Notes: a model not told the origin generated them from the sequence alone. A stretch of DNA of 63,316 nt, filler included, from Octopus bimaculoides (GCF_001194135.2; 5 parts of 5 records of this genome joined end to end with filler, not necessarily neighbours in it); one strand, 5' to 3'. Counted from the first letter of the whole stretch, positions 26,474 to 39,695 are shown. Translations and numbers: made by a program.

Positions 26474-28807
26474 CACTGGGCAAAAAAAGAAAAAATATTG
26501 TCTGCTACCCAGACAAATGGTGCTGTACCAGACTAAATCGAGTACGCTAATTACGAATCTGAACTCAGAATTGCTGTAGCACGTCAGGATTTTGACTTAT
26601 GCGCATAATTATTATAATAGTATATTAGTACTGTATATAGTATATTTATGTTCAAAGCAAATAGTATTATGATATAATGCTACATAGTATATTTATGTTA
26701 AGGGGATTCTCACTTTATTTTTGATTTGCTCAGCTCAGGAATGTTTGAGACACTTGCTCTTGCGCTTATGCGTCGTACTGGTCTCCCGTTGTAGGAACCA
26801 GCAGTAGTCCCGCATCATGTGTGGATTGAACCGGCCTTGGTAACTCGTTTTCATCTTAGATATGCCCTGGTGGAACCTCTCACCATGCTCATCACTAACG
26901 GCACCAAGATTTGTTAGAAAAAAATCGAGATGAGAATGCAAGAAGTGCATTTTAAGGGACATTCCGCATCCCATTATTTCAAATGTTGTGAGCATGTTGT
27001 TTATTAAATCAGCATAGTTTTCAACTCTATGATTTCCAAGAAAGTTCTGTACAACTAACACGAATAAATCCCATGCCGTCAGCTCAACTGGATTCAGTTT
27101 ACCCCTGAATTTGCTATCAGACATCACTTCTCTGATTGCGTGTCCCATGAAAATGCCTGCTTTCTAGTTTTGCGTCAATTTTCTCTGCACCAAATTTTAC
27201 TTTTAGGTACTAGAAGCCACAACCAACGTGTGTCATTGTTTTTACAAAGTTTTTCATGAGACCGAGTTTGATGTGAAGGGGTGGAAGATCTTTTGCGGGT
27301 CTACCAGTGGCATATGCTGCACGTTGTATCGACCAACTAAGCTCTCATCTCTTTTAGGCCAGTCTTTTACAGTGTAATGATTGCTGTCGTTGTAGCTGTC
27401 CCAAACACACAAGAAGCACATATTTTGGTATATCCCAGCTGCAGTTCTAGGAGGAAAGAAATCACCTTTAAAGTACCGCAAAAATTCCACTTATGAACTG
27501 AGTAATTAACTTCTTTCGGAATGAGTTCCATCGATTTATAAGTTAATTCCATACCGACAACATGACCCACAGGAATGGAAGGCTTTTCATTATCATTTTA
27601 TAACAACACAGCTTTGAGGCTAACCTTACTCGAGTTTACAGACAACCTCCATTCGTTAGCCACATGCATGTGTCCTAGTTTTTACACGAGTGCATTAACG
27701 TTAGGACAGACACAAGCATTATTTTCTTGCTTGAAAAAGACAGATAAGCCTTCATAGTGAGAACGGGAAATGGAAAATTTCGTACCTTGTTGTAGGAGAT
27801 TCCGTTGCTGTCGTCTGGATCCCAAAACTTCTGCTTTCTCCTTTGATAATGGTAGGTTTCTTACTAAATCGTTCAAATCTTCTTGATTAAAGAAGCGTGG
27901 CTCATTTTTCTTACAATCAACTACATACTTTTCGTCGGAGAATCAGGGGGTTCATCATGCGACGTGTCAAGGTCTTCAAGTGAATCATGTGAGAGGGGAA
28001 CTGGGACAGGGTTCTCGAAGACATGTGGGACCGGTTTTAGAGCCGACTTACAATCTGCATACACAATTTTTGCTTTAGTTTTCTTTGAGAAACCACTAAT
28101 ATTAGTCATACAAAAGTAACAATCAGACACATGATTGGTTGGCTCACTCCATACCACTGGTACAGCAAAAGGCATTCGCTTCCGTTTTCCATTCAGCCAC
28201 TGTCTAAGCCCTGAGTAACACACGCTGCAGCATATATGAAGTGCTCACCTCTAGTCTTGGTCCCCAGCTTTACACCCGAAATAATATTTATAGGCAGCTT
28301 TTAATTTGGTGGTAACGTTCTTCAGCTGGTCACGCGGAGCAAATTTTCTAGACATAACAAAAGTCGTCTGGGTGATTCACACAGCCTCTCCTATTTATTA
28401 TCTCGCACAATGGACACAGTTAAAACAGTAATCATGCGGAGCGAGAGATACACATGCGACACGTGACGGCAACGCAAACGACACTGAGAGTTACCAAGAA
28501 CAAACATGTATTTGGCGTTTGCACACAATACGTCAGCGCCATCTATTGCTAAACTAAATAATGAACTTTTTCATCGTTTGTTTTATTGCTGTTATTTCTT
28601 TAATTTTGAATTAAGACCGCTTCATTTTAGCAAATTTTATAAAACGGCCTATATCTAGCCGAAAGTATAGTTATAATCTTTCGCATGCGCATAACTCAAA
28701 GCCCTGATGTGCTAGAACAATTCTGAATGCGGATTCGGAATCAGCATCCTCGATTTAGTCTAAAAGCCATGCTTTTACTCCAGTAGTAAAATATTTGTTG
28801 TCCAGTG
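26474..28807 (-). mobile_element. Chapaev3-like (CMC) DNA transposon with both ends, decayed transposase
   Basis: Termini CACTGGGCAA.../...TTGTCCAGTG, 3-bp AAA TSD and ~80 bp of imperfect subterminal inverted similarity. Transposase pieces: CVNHPDDFCY, GDQD, MPFAVPVVWSEPTNHVSDCYFC, NDLVRNLPLSKEKAEVLGSR, MSLKMHFLHSHLDFF..NLGAVSDEHGERFHQ..YQGR..MMRDYCW. The superfamily name comes from recalled motifs, not a search. Confidence 0.85.
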
Positions 28808-30049
28808 AAATCATCGAAGAAAACGGGTTTTTTTCCCGAACAGATTTTTTACGCAGACGAAACTGGATTGTATTGGAAAAAATTGTCAGACTGCTCATTC
28901 ATTTCCGAAGAGGAGAAAACTATTACAAGCTACAAAGTCTCAAAAGAACGCGTGACCATTATGTTGAGAAGTAATTGTGCGAGAGATTTTAAGTTAAAGC
29001 CATTGCTTGTGTATCATGCACGCAACCACCGTGCCCTGAAGAACATACCCAAGGCATCTCATCCTGTTATATGGATGACTAATTCAAAAGCATGGGTTAC
29101 TGTTGTTGTTTTTTGAAGATTGGCTCCTCAATCATTTTATCTCAGCAGCAGAGAAGTTCTGTAAGGAGAGGAGGATTTCTTTTAAGGCTTTATTTATCTT
29201 AGATAATGCTCCTGGCCACCCGCAAAACATCGTAGATTTTGACCCCAACGTTACCGTTGTATACCTCCCTCCAAATACCACGTTTCTTCTGCAGCCAATG
29301 GATCAGGGAATAGTTGCTATCTTCAAGCGTTACTATATGAAGCGTACGCTGCGGCAAGCAATAGCTGCAACTGATCTTGATGAGTCCATCACACTTCGTA
29401 ACTTTTGGAAGGGATACGATATCTACAAGGCTGTACAGAATATAGTAGCGGTACGGAATGATGTACAGAGCATGGCTATGAATGGTGTATGGAAGAAGCT
29501 ATGCCCGCAATTCGTGAATGATTTTCAGGGGTTTGATAATGTTGCCATCAACAAAATGTTGGTGACTACAAGCAAAGAACTGGAAATAGATTTGGAGGAG
29601 GAGAATTTCACAGATTTATTTGAAAAAAACAAGCAGCCCCTGACGAACGAGGGTTTGATAGAGCTTCACGGGCAGCAAAATAAAGGAGAGGGAGTCGAAC
29701 CTGAGCCACGTAACTTTACCATTAAGAAAATGCAGTAAGCATTTGCATATATCAAAAAAGGTCTTTCTATATTCGAGGATATAGATCCAAATGCTCAACG
29801 CTTTTCCAAGATTATGGGGGCTTGCCACGAAGCTTTTGCTCCTTATAATGTAATCCTTGAGGAGAAGAAGAAGGCAGTTCAAGGAACTCTCAAACGGTTT
29901 TTTTAAGCGCATCGAACAGCCAGAGTCAGCTATTGATGTTGACGATCCACAGACATCTACATACGCGATGTAAACCACCAGATTGTACGTACGTATTTAT
30001 AAATTTAAGATAATTTAGTTTTTGTTTACTATTGCAAAATAATAATAAT
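28808..30049 (+). mobile_element. Tigger/pogo transposon, 3' part (DDE_1 domain)
   Basis: EQIFYADETGLYWKK, KERVTIML, KLKPLLVY, LILDNAPGHP-like ILDNAPGHP and YLPPNTTFLLQPMDQG. Rejoins 26473 in frame (KK|IIEENG) once the insert and one AAA are removed. Frameshifted; the right end is lost in a gap. Confidence 0.92.
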
Positions 30050-30734
30050 NNNNNNNNNNNNNNNNNNNNNNNNNNNNNNNNNNNNNNNNNNNNNNNNNNN
30101 NNNNNNNNNNNNNNNNNNNNNNNNNNNNNNNNNNNNNNNNNNNNNNNNNNNNNNNNNNNNNNNNNNNNNNNNNNNNNNNNNNNNNNNNNNNNNNNNNNNN
30201 NNNNNNNNNNNNNNNNNNNNNNNNNNNNNNNNNNNNNNNNNNNNNNNNNNNNNNNNNNNNNNNNNNNNNNNNNNNNNNNNNNNNNNNNNNNNNNNNNNNN
30301 NNNNNNNNNNNNNNNNNNNNNNNNNNNNNNNNNNNNNNNNNNNNNNNNNNNNNNNNNNNNNNNNNNNNNNNNNNNNNNNNNNNNNNNNNNNNNNNNNNNN
30401 NNNNNNNNNNNNNNNNNNNNNNNNNNNNNNNNNNNNNNNNNNNNNNNNNNNNNNNNNNNNNNNNNNNNNNNNNNNNNNNNNNNNNNNNNNNNNNNNNNNN
30501 NNNNNNNNNNNNNNNNNNNNNNNNNNNNNNNNNNNNNNNNNNNNNNNNNNNNNNNNNNNNNNNNNNNNNNNNNNNNNNNNNNNNNNNNNNNNNNNNNNNN
30601 NNNNNNNNNNNNNNNNNNNNNNNNNNNNNNNNNNNNNNNNNNNNNNNNNNNNNNNNNNNNNNNNNNNNNNNNNNNNNNNNNNNNNNNNNNNNCATACCTT
30701 CGTTTTATTTGCTTTTTTCATTTTAAATTTGCTT

Positions 30735-30784
30735 TAACCCTAACCCTAACCCTAGGGTTAGGGTTAGGGTTAGGGTTAGGGTTA
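30735..30784. repeat. Interstitial telomeric repeat, (TAACCC)3 joined directly to (TAGGGT)5
   Basis: TAACCCTAACCCTAACCCT|AGGGTTAGGGTTAGGGTTA forms a 38-bp perfect palindrome. Confidence 0.9.
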
Positions 30785-31873
30785 ATTGTTTCATAATCGT
30801 TTGTTTATGTAGTCGGCACTTAATGTATATCGGCTGAATGGACGTCAGTGATTGGTTGAAATTACAGAAATACGACAACTTTAACATGGAATAACTTATG
30901 GATTTCTTTTTTTTTAAAGAAGACTAAGAGAAAAAGATGTTTTATATGACATATTCTACCAGTGTTCCAAGTTTCAAAGTGTTTTGTTAATGAAAAATGT
31001 GGCCCCCGTTTTAAAAAAGATCCAATGCATTCATAAATAAAGTACAGAACTGGGAATGGTTATTAGCGGTTTAGTCTAGAGCCAAGGAAATTCGGCCTAG
31101 CCTAGCATAAAGACAAGTTAATTCGACTTAAGTCGTGTCTCCAGGAACCAATTAACGACGTAGGGTGAGGTATGCCTGTATCTATGTATCTATACATATG
31201 CTTATTTATGTATATATATATATGTAAGTATATGTGTAAGTATATATATATATAATATATATATACACATGTATGCATGTACGTATATACGTACATACAT
31301 ATGATTGTATGTATATAATATATATATATATAAATATATATAAACATATATACATATGTATACATATATATATATATATACATATATATATACATATATA
31401 TATATATATTGATATCTATATATACGCATATATGTATATATATGGATATATGCATGTATACATAAATAAATATATATACAGATATACATATACATATATA
31501 CACACACGTATGTATGTGTGTTTCTGCATGCATAATTAATCCTGTAATTATCTATAACTGCAGTGGAGCAGCAACAAGTGAACTTTGACTGAGCAGCCGT
31601 GACATCCACGCATCATTTTAAGAATATCGAACCTTATAGCGTTCAATGTTACCCCGTCCACACACTGTTTTTATAAGAGGCTTATAATTTGAGGGAAAGG
31701 TCGAGGCACTATATATATATATATATATATATANNNNNNNNNNATCGTATTAATCCCCGTTAGTTCTGACATTTCCGATTAACTAGACTGTTATTGGAGC
31801 TGGTAGAATTATTAATGCACCTCCAAGTGCTTCATTTCCTAGAAATAGCAGCCAAATCTTCTTTAAATCAAAC

Positions 31874-31986
31874 TCTAGTTTAGGGTTAGGGTTCGGGTTT
31901 TAGAGTTAGGGTTGGGGTTATGAGTGAAGTTATGGCAAAAATAATCATAACCCTAACCGTAACCCTAAAACTAACCCTAACTCTAG
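31874..31986. repeat. Degenerate interstitial telomeric repeats in TTAGGG-spacer-CCCTAA orientation
   Basis: TTAGGGTTAGGGTTCGGG...GGGGTTA, a ~27-bp spacer, then TAACCCTAACCGTAACCCT...CCCTAACTCTAG. Confidence 0.75.
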
Positions 31987-32430
31987 AATACGAACTCTAA
32001 AATTGTNNNNNNNNNNNNNNNNNNNNNNNNNNNNNNNNNNNNNNNNNNNNTTAATTAATTAANNNNNNNNNNNNNNNNNNNNNNNNNNNNNNNNNNNNNN
32101 NNNNNNTATAAAAAAATAAATATACCCATACATTATATTGTCTTTGAGCTTTTGTAGTTCAATAGTAGTTCATGTATAAACTGGTAGGAAAAATAAGGAT
32201 GCATGAGAGTTGAGAGTTTTGTTAGGTTTAAAAAAAAGGGTTAAAAGTTTGTGTTAAGCAGGAAATGTGGTGTCAAAACAGGAAGTGTGTGTAAGAGGAG
32301 ACAAGTGTTTTTAGTTGGAGTTATGAACTCTTTTTCAACAGGAAGTTTGTGTCTGTTCATAGAGAAATAAGGTCACTGAGGGGTGTGTGTGTTAAGAAAT
32401 GGTTGGAATTTCTCTATGAAAAGATTCTCC

Positions 32431-32535
32431 TTGTTGATTCTTTCTTGTGTGGAGATTCTGTCTTTACATTGATAGAAAGGGAATATAATTCTATCAATGT
32501 AAAGACAGAATCTCCACACAAGAAAGAATCAACAA
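32431..32535. repeat. Perfect hairpin with a 47-bp stem and an 11-nt loop
   Basis: 32431-32477 is the exact reverse complement of 32489-32535. Confidence 0.95.
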
Positions 32536-34098
32536 AAGCATAAATTTCATTGTTAATTTTCACTTAGAAAAGGACATATTTTCTTTAAGATTTTTATATC
32601 ATAAGAAAAAAACATTTCTCATGAATTCTATATAGTCATTGATAATTCTGGTCATGATATGTCGAAAAAGCACAAAGTCACTAAAGAGGGTGGTATACTG
32701 ATCCTACTTGCCAAACTAATGTATTTGCATGTGGAAAGAGGTCAAACAGAATGCAAATCCAAGGTTTCAAATATCAAGTTTGAGCTAGGGCTTCAGGAAA
32801 TAGATGAACTAATTACTAAAGTAAACATATAATTCTACAAAAATGCACTAAATTGAGTTAAATAAGTTTTCTAGAGCCCAAATTTAGCATGTAATCATTG
32901 TATTGAGAATGTTGTTTTTTCCCTCTCGCTGCTAGGCAAACCTAACAGATATTCTTGTACATGTAAGTTTCATTTTTCTTGAGGAATATTGGTCAAATTC
33001 CGCCAATAAAAATTATATTATGCAATGAATATAATTTTGTAAACTATTAAAGTCAGATGTCATGTTTTTCTGATTTTGAATACAATCAGGACAATTGGTG
33101 TCAGTGTTTACATATTCATTTTTGCTTTTTTTCTCTCTCCTACTATCAAGTTTGCTGTAAATTACAGATGTTATTAATGCCTTTAATTCATGTTTTTAAT
33201 GCTTAAAAAAAAGTAGTTTTCACATTTTGTTTGTTTTTTAATCTAGGTCTACAAGCAATTCTGAGAAAAGTATGAGGTGGTTGTGGTATGTACTAGTAAC
33301 ATCACCTAAATCTCCCTTAAATCACACATCTTTTCATTTAAAAATAATTTCAAAATTTTTTTTTATTGAAAAGGCTTCTCCCATTGTTTTTAAGTGCATA
33401 ATGCAAACAAAATTGGTTAAAATATAAGGTGGTGGGAAAAAATCATAAATTTTCCAAAATTTTTTTTCATAAAAAGCATAATTTCATCACTTCCAAGATT
33501 GTGGTGCAAAAAAAGAAATTGGAAAAATCCCTATGAAAATCCAACAAATGTGGCATCCTGATCTGAAATTCTGCCATGCTAGCAAGGGTTCGACGACTTG
33601 ACAGAGGACTGGCAAACCAGATGGCTGCACCAGGCTCCAATCTGATCAGGCAGAGTTTCTACAGCTGGATGCCCTTCCTAACACCAACCACTCCGAGAGT
33701 GTAGTGGGTGCTTTTACGTGCCACCGGCAAAAGGGCCAGTCAGGCAGTATTGGCAAAGGCCACACTCAAAATGGTGCTATTTACATGCTACCAGCATGGA
33801 AGCCAGACAGCTGCTCTAGCAATGATCATGCTCGGATGGTGTTGTTAGCACTCCACTGCCACAGGTGCCAGTCATCAAATTTGGTTCAATTNNNNNNNNN
33901 NNNNNNNNNNNNNNNNNNNNNNNNNNNNNNNNNNNNNNNNNNNNNNNNNNNNNNNNNNNNNNNNNNNNNNNNNNNNNNNNNNNNNNNNNNNNNNNNNNNN
34001 NNNNNNNNNNNNNNNNNNNNNNNNNNNNNNNNNNNNNNNNNNNNNNNNNNNNNNNNNNNNNNNNNNNNNNNNNNNNNNNNNNNNNNNNCATATAATAT

Positions 34099-34500
34099 AG
34101 GCGCAGGAGTGGCTGTGTGGTAAGTAGCTTGCTTCCCAATCACATGGTTCTGAATTCAGTCCCACTGCTTGGAACCTTGGGCAAGTGTCTTCTACTATAG
34201 CCTTGGGCCAACCAAAGCCTTGTGAGTGGATTTGGTAGATGGAAACTGAAAGAAGCCTGTCGTATATATATGTATATATATGTATGCTTGTGTGTCTGTG
34301 TTTGTCTCCCCAACATCTCTTGACAACCGATGGTAGTGTGTTTACATCCCTCATAACTTAGCAGTTCGGCAAAAGAGACTGATAGAATAAGTATTAGGCT
34401 TCCAAAGAATAAGTCCTGAGGTCGATTTGCTTGACTAAAGGTGGTGCTCCAGCATGGCCGCAGTCAAATGACTGGAGCAAGTAAAAGAGAAATAAAAGAG
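34099..34500 (+). mobile_element. Same CORE-like SINE, full length
   Basis: AGGCGCAGGAGTGGCTGTGTGGTAAGTAGC... to GTAAAAGAG tail. Confidence 0.85.
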
Positions 34501-34844
34501 AATATACATTATAATATATATATATAATATATATTATAATATATGTACATATATTTATAATATATATATATATAATATACATTATAATATATATATAATA
34601 TATATTATATGTATATATATTTATAATATACATTATAATATATATCATCATCATCATCATCATCATCGTTTAACGTCCGCTTTCCATGCTAGCATGGGTT
34701 GGACGATTTGACTGAGGACTGGTGAAACCGGATGGCATCACCAGGCTCCAATCTATTTTGGCAGAGTTTCTACAGCTAGATGCCCTTACTAACGCCAACC
34801 ACTCATATATACATATTAATAATAATATGACAACAAAAGAATGG

Positions 34845-36151
34845 ATGAGACCTCGATATTATGTTAATAGAGGAATTTATCTATAAATATAATATGTGAC
34901 AATTAGTTGGTTGTCATAATAAAACTCAGAGTTTTGGATGCCAGGGCTGAAGTCTGCACTGGCATCTCATCAGTTATTAAGACAAACAAAAATGCTTTGA
35001 ACAAAAACCGTTGAATAAAGGGAAATTACTCCAATAGGAGTGAGGAAAGTAAAACTTCATTCATAGAATCTACACATGTACACATATACATACACGTACG
35101 CACATACACACACAGTGCGTGTGTGTATATATATAGAAATATATATATACATATATATACAGATATATCAGATTGGAGCCTGGTGTAGCCATCCGGTTCA
35201 CCAGTCCTCAGTCAAATCGTCCAACCCATGCTAGCATGGAAAGTGGACGTTAAATGATGATGATGATACACACATACTTACACACATGTACATATACATA
35301 CAAACACATATATATATATATGTCTATACATATGTAAACATACATACATACATATATATACCCATGCATGCATCATTATATTCATATACACATCTCTATA
35401 TGCACATGCACATATATACGTGGATAGACTTATATGCAAATAAAAACACATACACAAAAACATAAACTGTAAAGCATTCACATTCTCTGCAAAACTTTAT
35501 ACATATGAGTTATATATGTATGTACACAAATACACCCTCCTGCCTGTCAAACACATCTACACCTGCAGATATATAAACGTATATACATACATATATGTAT
35601 GAAAGAAGGAGACAAGTACAATAGATAGAGTTTTACACTCGTATATATACAATCATTCGTACACATGTATATGTGCACGCACATACATATTTCATATATA
35701 CTACATGCATATATAGTTACACAATTATAAAGGGTGAAAAATAATATACAGAAAAATATATAAAGCAATAAAATATATATAAGAAATATATGACAAATAC
35801 TAAGACACATGAAAGGCTTGTACATGGATATGACCCAAAAAGTTCAGTTCTTGAATTCAGACATGTAGCAGTGTCTAAAGAACTTTTCCAGATGAGCCAT
35901 CTTTCCATATTGCAAAGACTGCACTTTCCACTGCTATAGGTGTAAGGCTTACACTTGGCCAAGATCTTCCAGTGAATTTTATAGCTGACACCTTTTTCTT
36001 TTAAGGACCATATATAACTGGATAATTTGGTTGTTTTCCTTTTATTCCAGTGCCTGAAGCTTAAGATGTGATTGTTGAACCTGGCTTTTTAGAATTTCTC
36101 TCTCTGAGACCCACATATTTCTTTGACGAAACTATGTCCTTAGTGGTTGTA
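34845..36151 (-). mobile_element. Inverted 3'-end copy (pseudo-LTR) of the adjacent Penelope-like element
   Basis: Reverse complement matches 37317-38880 (TTTKDIVSSKKYVGL, KCKPYTYSSGKCSLCNMERWLIWKSSLD and the UTR). It abuts the + copy at ~36151 and is interrupted by a SINE fragment at ~35165-35268. Confidence 0.88.
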
Positions 36152-38880
36152 TAAACAAAATAAAATTTCATAAGTCTTCTAACACTTTCCAATAGAAACT
36201 GAAAATTCATATCAAATACATAAAAAGTTCCCAAAAAACTTATACCTTGTAGAAACAGCACATACTCATGACTCCTACATAACAACATTATTAATAATTA
36301 CACTAAACGTAGACCACAAGTTTATAATGACGTTAATAAAGAAGCTAACATCATCGCCACTGGCCTTAAATTAGATAACATAAATAGAGGTCCTCCCAAA
36401 GAAAGAGGCCTTTATAACTATTAAAGACCAGAAAAAGAACTTCCTATCTAATCCTCAATGTAGACTTATTAACCCATCAAAATCAGAAATTGGTATTATT
36501 ACTAAAGAAATTTTTGGAAAATTCAATACTAAAGTGAGATATGCTACTACTTTAGTACAATGGTCCAATAGCATAGAAGTCGCTGACTAATATTTCGCCA
36601 TTTACAAAGATGATGCTCTAGCTTTAACCACAAACACCAATAGACCAGTGCAAGATCAGTTTAGGAAGGACATTATCCAAATGATGAAAACATTTGATCT
36701 TACCATAACAATAGATACCAACCTGACAGTTGTCAATTTCCTAGATGTATCTTTAGATTTAAATAAGGATATTTACAAACTCTATAGAAAGCCCAACGAT
36801 AGACTTACCTATATTAATGTAGGTTCCTGCCATCCACCCATAGTGTTTGAGAATTTAGTTAAAAATATTAGCAAGAGAATTTCTAGCTTCTCCTCCAATA
36901 TAAACATTTTTAATAGTGTTGCCCCAATATATAATAAACCTCTAAAAGATAGTGGTTTTAGCGAGGAAATAACCTATACACCTATTATTAGTCCAAAAAT
37001 AAAGAAAAGGAAAAATAGGAATAGGAAAATTATCTGGTTCACACCTTACTCCACCGAAGTGACCTTTAATATAGATAGATATTTCTTATCACTTATAGAT
37101 AGGCATTTTCCAATCAATCATAATTATAGGAAGCTCTTTAATAGGCATAACCTAAAAATTAGTTTTAGTTCTATGACTAACTTTAAAAATATAACTGCAC
37201 ACAACACACAAAAACAACAAAATGTAGCTGGCTGTTCCTGCAGAGTTAAAAATTCGTGCCCGCTAAATGGAGCTTGTATGACCGAGGCCATCATTTATGA
37301 AACCACCGCCGACTCTACAACCACTAAGGACATAGTTTCATCAAAGAAATATGTGGGTCTCAGAGAGGGAAATGCTAAAGCCAGGTTCAACAATCAAACC
37401 TTAAGCTTCAGGCACTGGAATAAAAGGAAAACAACCAAATCATCCAGTTATATATGGTCCTTAAAAGAAAAAGGTGTCAGCAATAAGATTCACTAGAAGA
37501 TCTTGGCCAAGTGTAAGCCTTACATCTACAGCAGTGGAAAGTGCGGTCTTTGCAATATGGAAAGATGGCTCATCTGGAAAAGTTCTTTAGACATCGGTCT
37601 GAATTCAAGAACTGAATTTTTGGGGTCATGTCCACATATGGCAAAAGATTTGTTATGTTTTTCGACCCCCCATCCCCACCCCCAAGATCACAGATAGAAC
37701 CTGCATTTTATATTATGTCCACGTACAAGCCTTTCATATGTCTTATTTTCTGTATATTATTTTTCACCCTTTATAACTGTGTAACTTATACGTATGTAGT
37801 ATATACCTAATGTGTATGTGCATGCATATATACGTGTACAAATGATTGTATATATACAAGTGCAAGACACTACCTGTTGTACTTGTCTCCTTCCTTCATA
37901 CATATATGTTTGCATATACGTTTATAATATTTGCAGGTGTAGATGTGTTTGACAGACAGGAGGGTGTATTTGTGTATATACATATATAAGNNNNNNNNNN
38001 NNNNNNNNNNNNNNNNNNNNNNNNNNNNNNNNNNNNNNNNNNNNNNNNNNNNNNNNNNNNNNNNNNNNNNNNNNNNNNNNNNNNNNNNNNNNNNNNNNNN
38101 NNNNNNNNNNNNNNNNNNNNNNNNNNNNNNNNNNNNNNNNNNNNNNNNNNNNNNNNNNNNNNNNNNNNNNNNNNNNNNNNNNNNNNNNNNNNNNNNNNNN
38201 NNNNNNNNNNNNNNNNNNNNNNNNNNNNNNNNNNNNNNNNNNNNNNNTTGCAGGTGTAGATGTGTTTGACAGACAGGAGGGTGTATTTGTGTATATACAT
38301 ATATAAGTCATTTGTATATTCAGGTTTTGCAGCAAATGTGAATGTTTTACAGTTTATGTATTTTGCGTATGTGTTTTTATTTGTATATACGTCTATCCGT
38401 GTATGTATGTACATGAACATAATGATGCGTGCGTTTTTAAGCATGTTTTTATTTGTATTTACGTCTTTCTGCATATGTATATGCATGTGCATATAAAATA
38501 TGTTTTGTATATATGCGTATGTACGTGTGTGTACGTGTAGAGATGTGTATATGGACATAGTGATGCGTGCATGGGTATATATGCGTGTATGCATAGACAT
38601 ATATATGTATATATGTGTGTTTCTATGTATATGTACATGCACGTATGTATATGTATATAGATATATATGCATACATGTGTTTGTGTGTGTATGTACATGT
38701 GTATGTGTGTGTGTATATGTGTGCATATGCGGATTCTATGAATGACGTATTACTTTCCCCATGCCTATTGGAGTAATTTCCCTTTATTCAACAGTTTTTT
38801 CATAGCGTTTGTCTTAATAACTGATGAGATAGCATCCAAAACTCTGAGTTTTATTATGACAACCAACTAATTGCCACATA
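36152..38880 (+). mobile_element. Penelope-like retroelement (RT + Cys-rich linker + GIY-YIG), internally deleted
   Basis: ITIKDQKKNFLSNPQCRLINPSKSEIG; YKDD at 36603-36614; NFLDVSLDL, YRKPND, HPP, RKIIWFTPYS, CSCRVKNSCPLNGAC, KYVGL, KCGLCNMERWLI. The 3' UTR has a degenerate hammerhead at 38821. Confidence 0.9.
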
Positions 38881-39134
38881 NNNNNNNNNNNNNNNNNNNN
38901 NNNNNNNNNNNNNNNNNNNNNNNNNNNNNNNNNNNNNNNNNNNNNNNNNNNNNNNNNNNNNNNNNNNNNNNNNNNNNNNNGATTTTTAAACCCCAAATAA
39001 GATTAATTTAATCATTGTTTGTTAAGCTTGTAAAGTTTGTAAAGTTTCTGAAATGGAAATATCATAAAAGTTTTTGACATGTTGCCAGATGGCTGCTCAG
39101 TGGTATTTAGCGGACTTCTGGATTTTTAATTTAT

Positions 39135-39300
39135 ATACTGCAAAGTAGAGTTCACATCTTTCACGTGTAGTGTGTCAAGATCGAGTCTGCATAATTCTTG
39201 AAAAATTTACTCCTTGATCAAGACTTTATTAACTGCAGACTCGATCTTGACACACTACACATGGGTATGAAAGAAAGATGTGAATTCTACTTTGCAGCAT
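39135..39300. repeat. Imperfect hairpin with a ~57-bp stem and one bulge
   Basis: ATACTGCAAAGTAGAGTTCACATCTTTC..GTGTAGTGTGTCAAGATCGAGTCTGCA pairs with TGCAGACTCGATCTTGACACACTACAC..GAAAGATGTGAATTCTACTTTGCAGCAT. Confidence 0.9.
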
Positions 39301-39695
39301 ATTTCTGCAAGTGTGGATGGATACTGGTTGAGCAAAGTCTCAGCTTGTTCACATATTCATGGACACTCATGAATTTATGCTATGGAATACCGGCGCAGAT
39401 GAAGGCAATAGGTAATATTTTTTTACTTTAAGCTGGAAACAGGATCTTGTACACGGTTAACCAAAAGTTTTAATTAATTTCCTTTCTTTTGCTAGCCTAT
39501 TATGTGGTGTGTTATTCTTGGGGAATTTATGGTGGTATTAGTGTCTTTTGATGCCTATTTTTTCAGTGCGTGGTGAGGCACAAGCCAAGCCCTTGTTATA
39601 ATTATGTATATAATTATAAAACATTTGTAAAATTTACCTATGAGGTTTTTATTTCCGTGCTGATCACCTGGTAAAAATCATTAATGATTATTATT

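Noticed and set aside
30735-30784. Chromosome end-to-end fusion scar
   Set aside because: The orientation is CCCTAA to TTAGGG, the opposite of a fusion, and the tract is very short.
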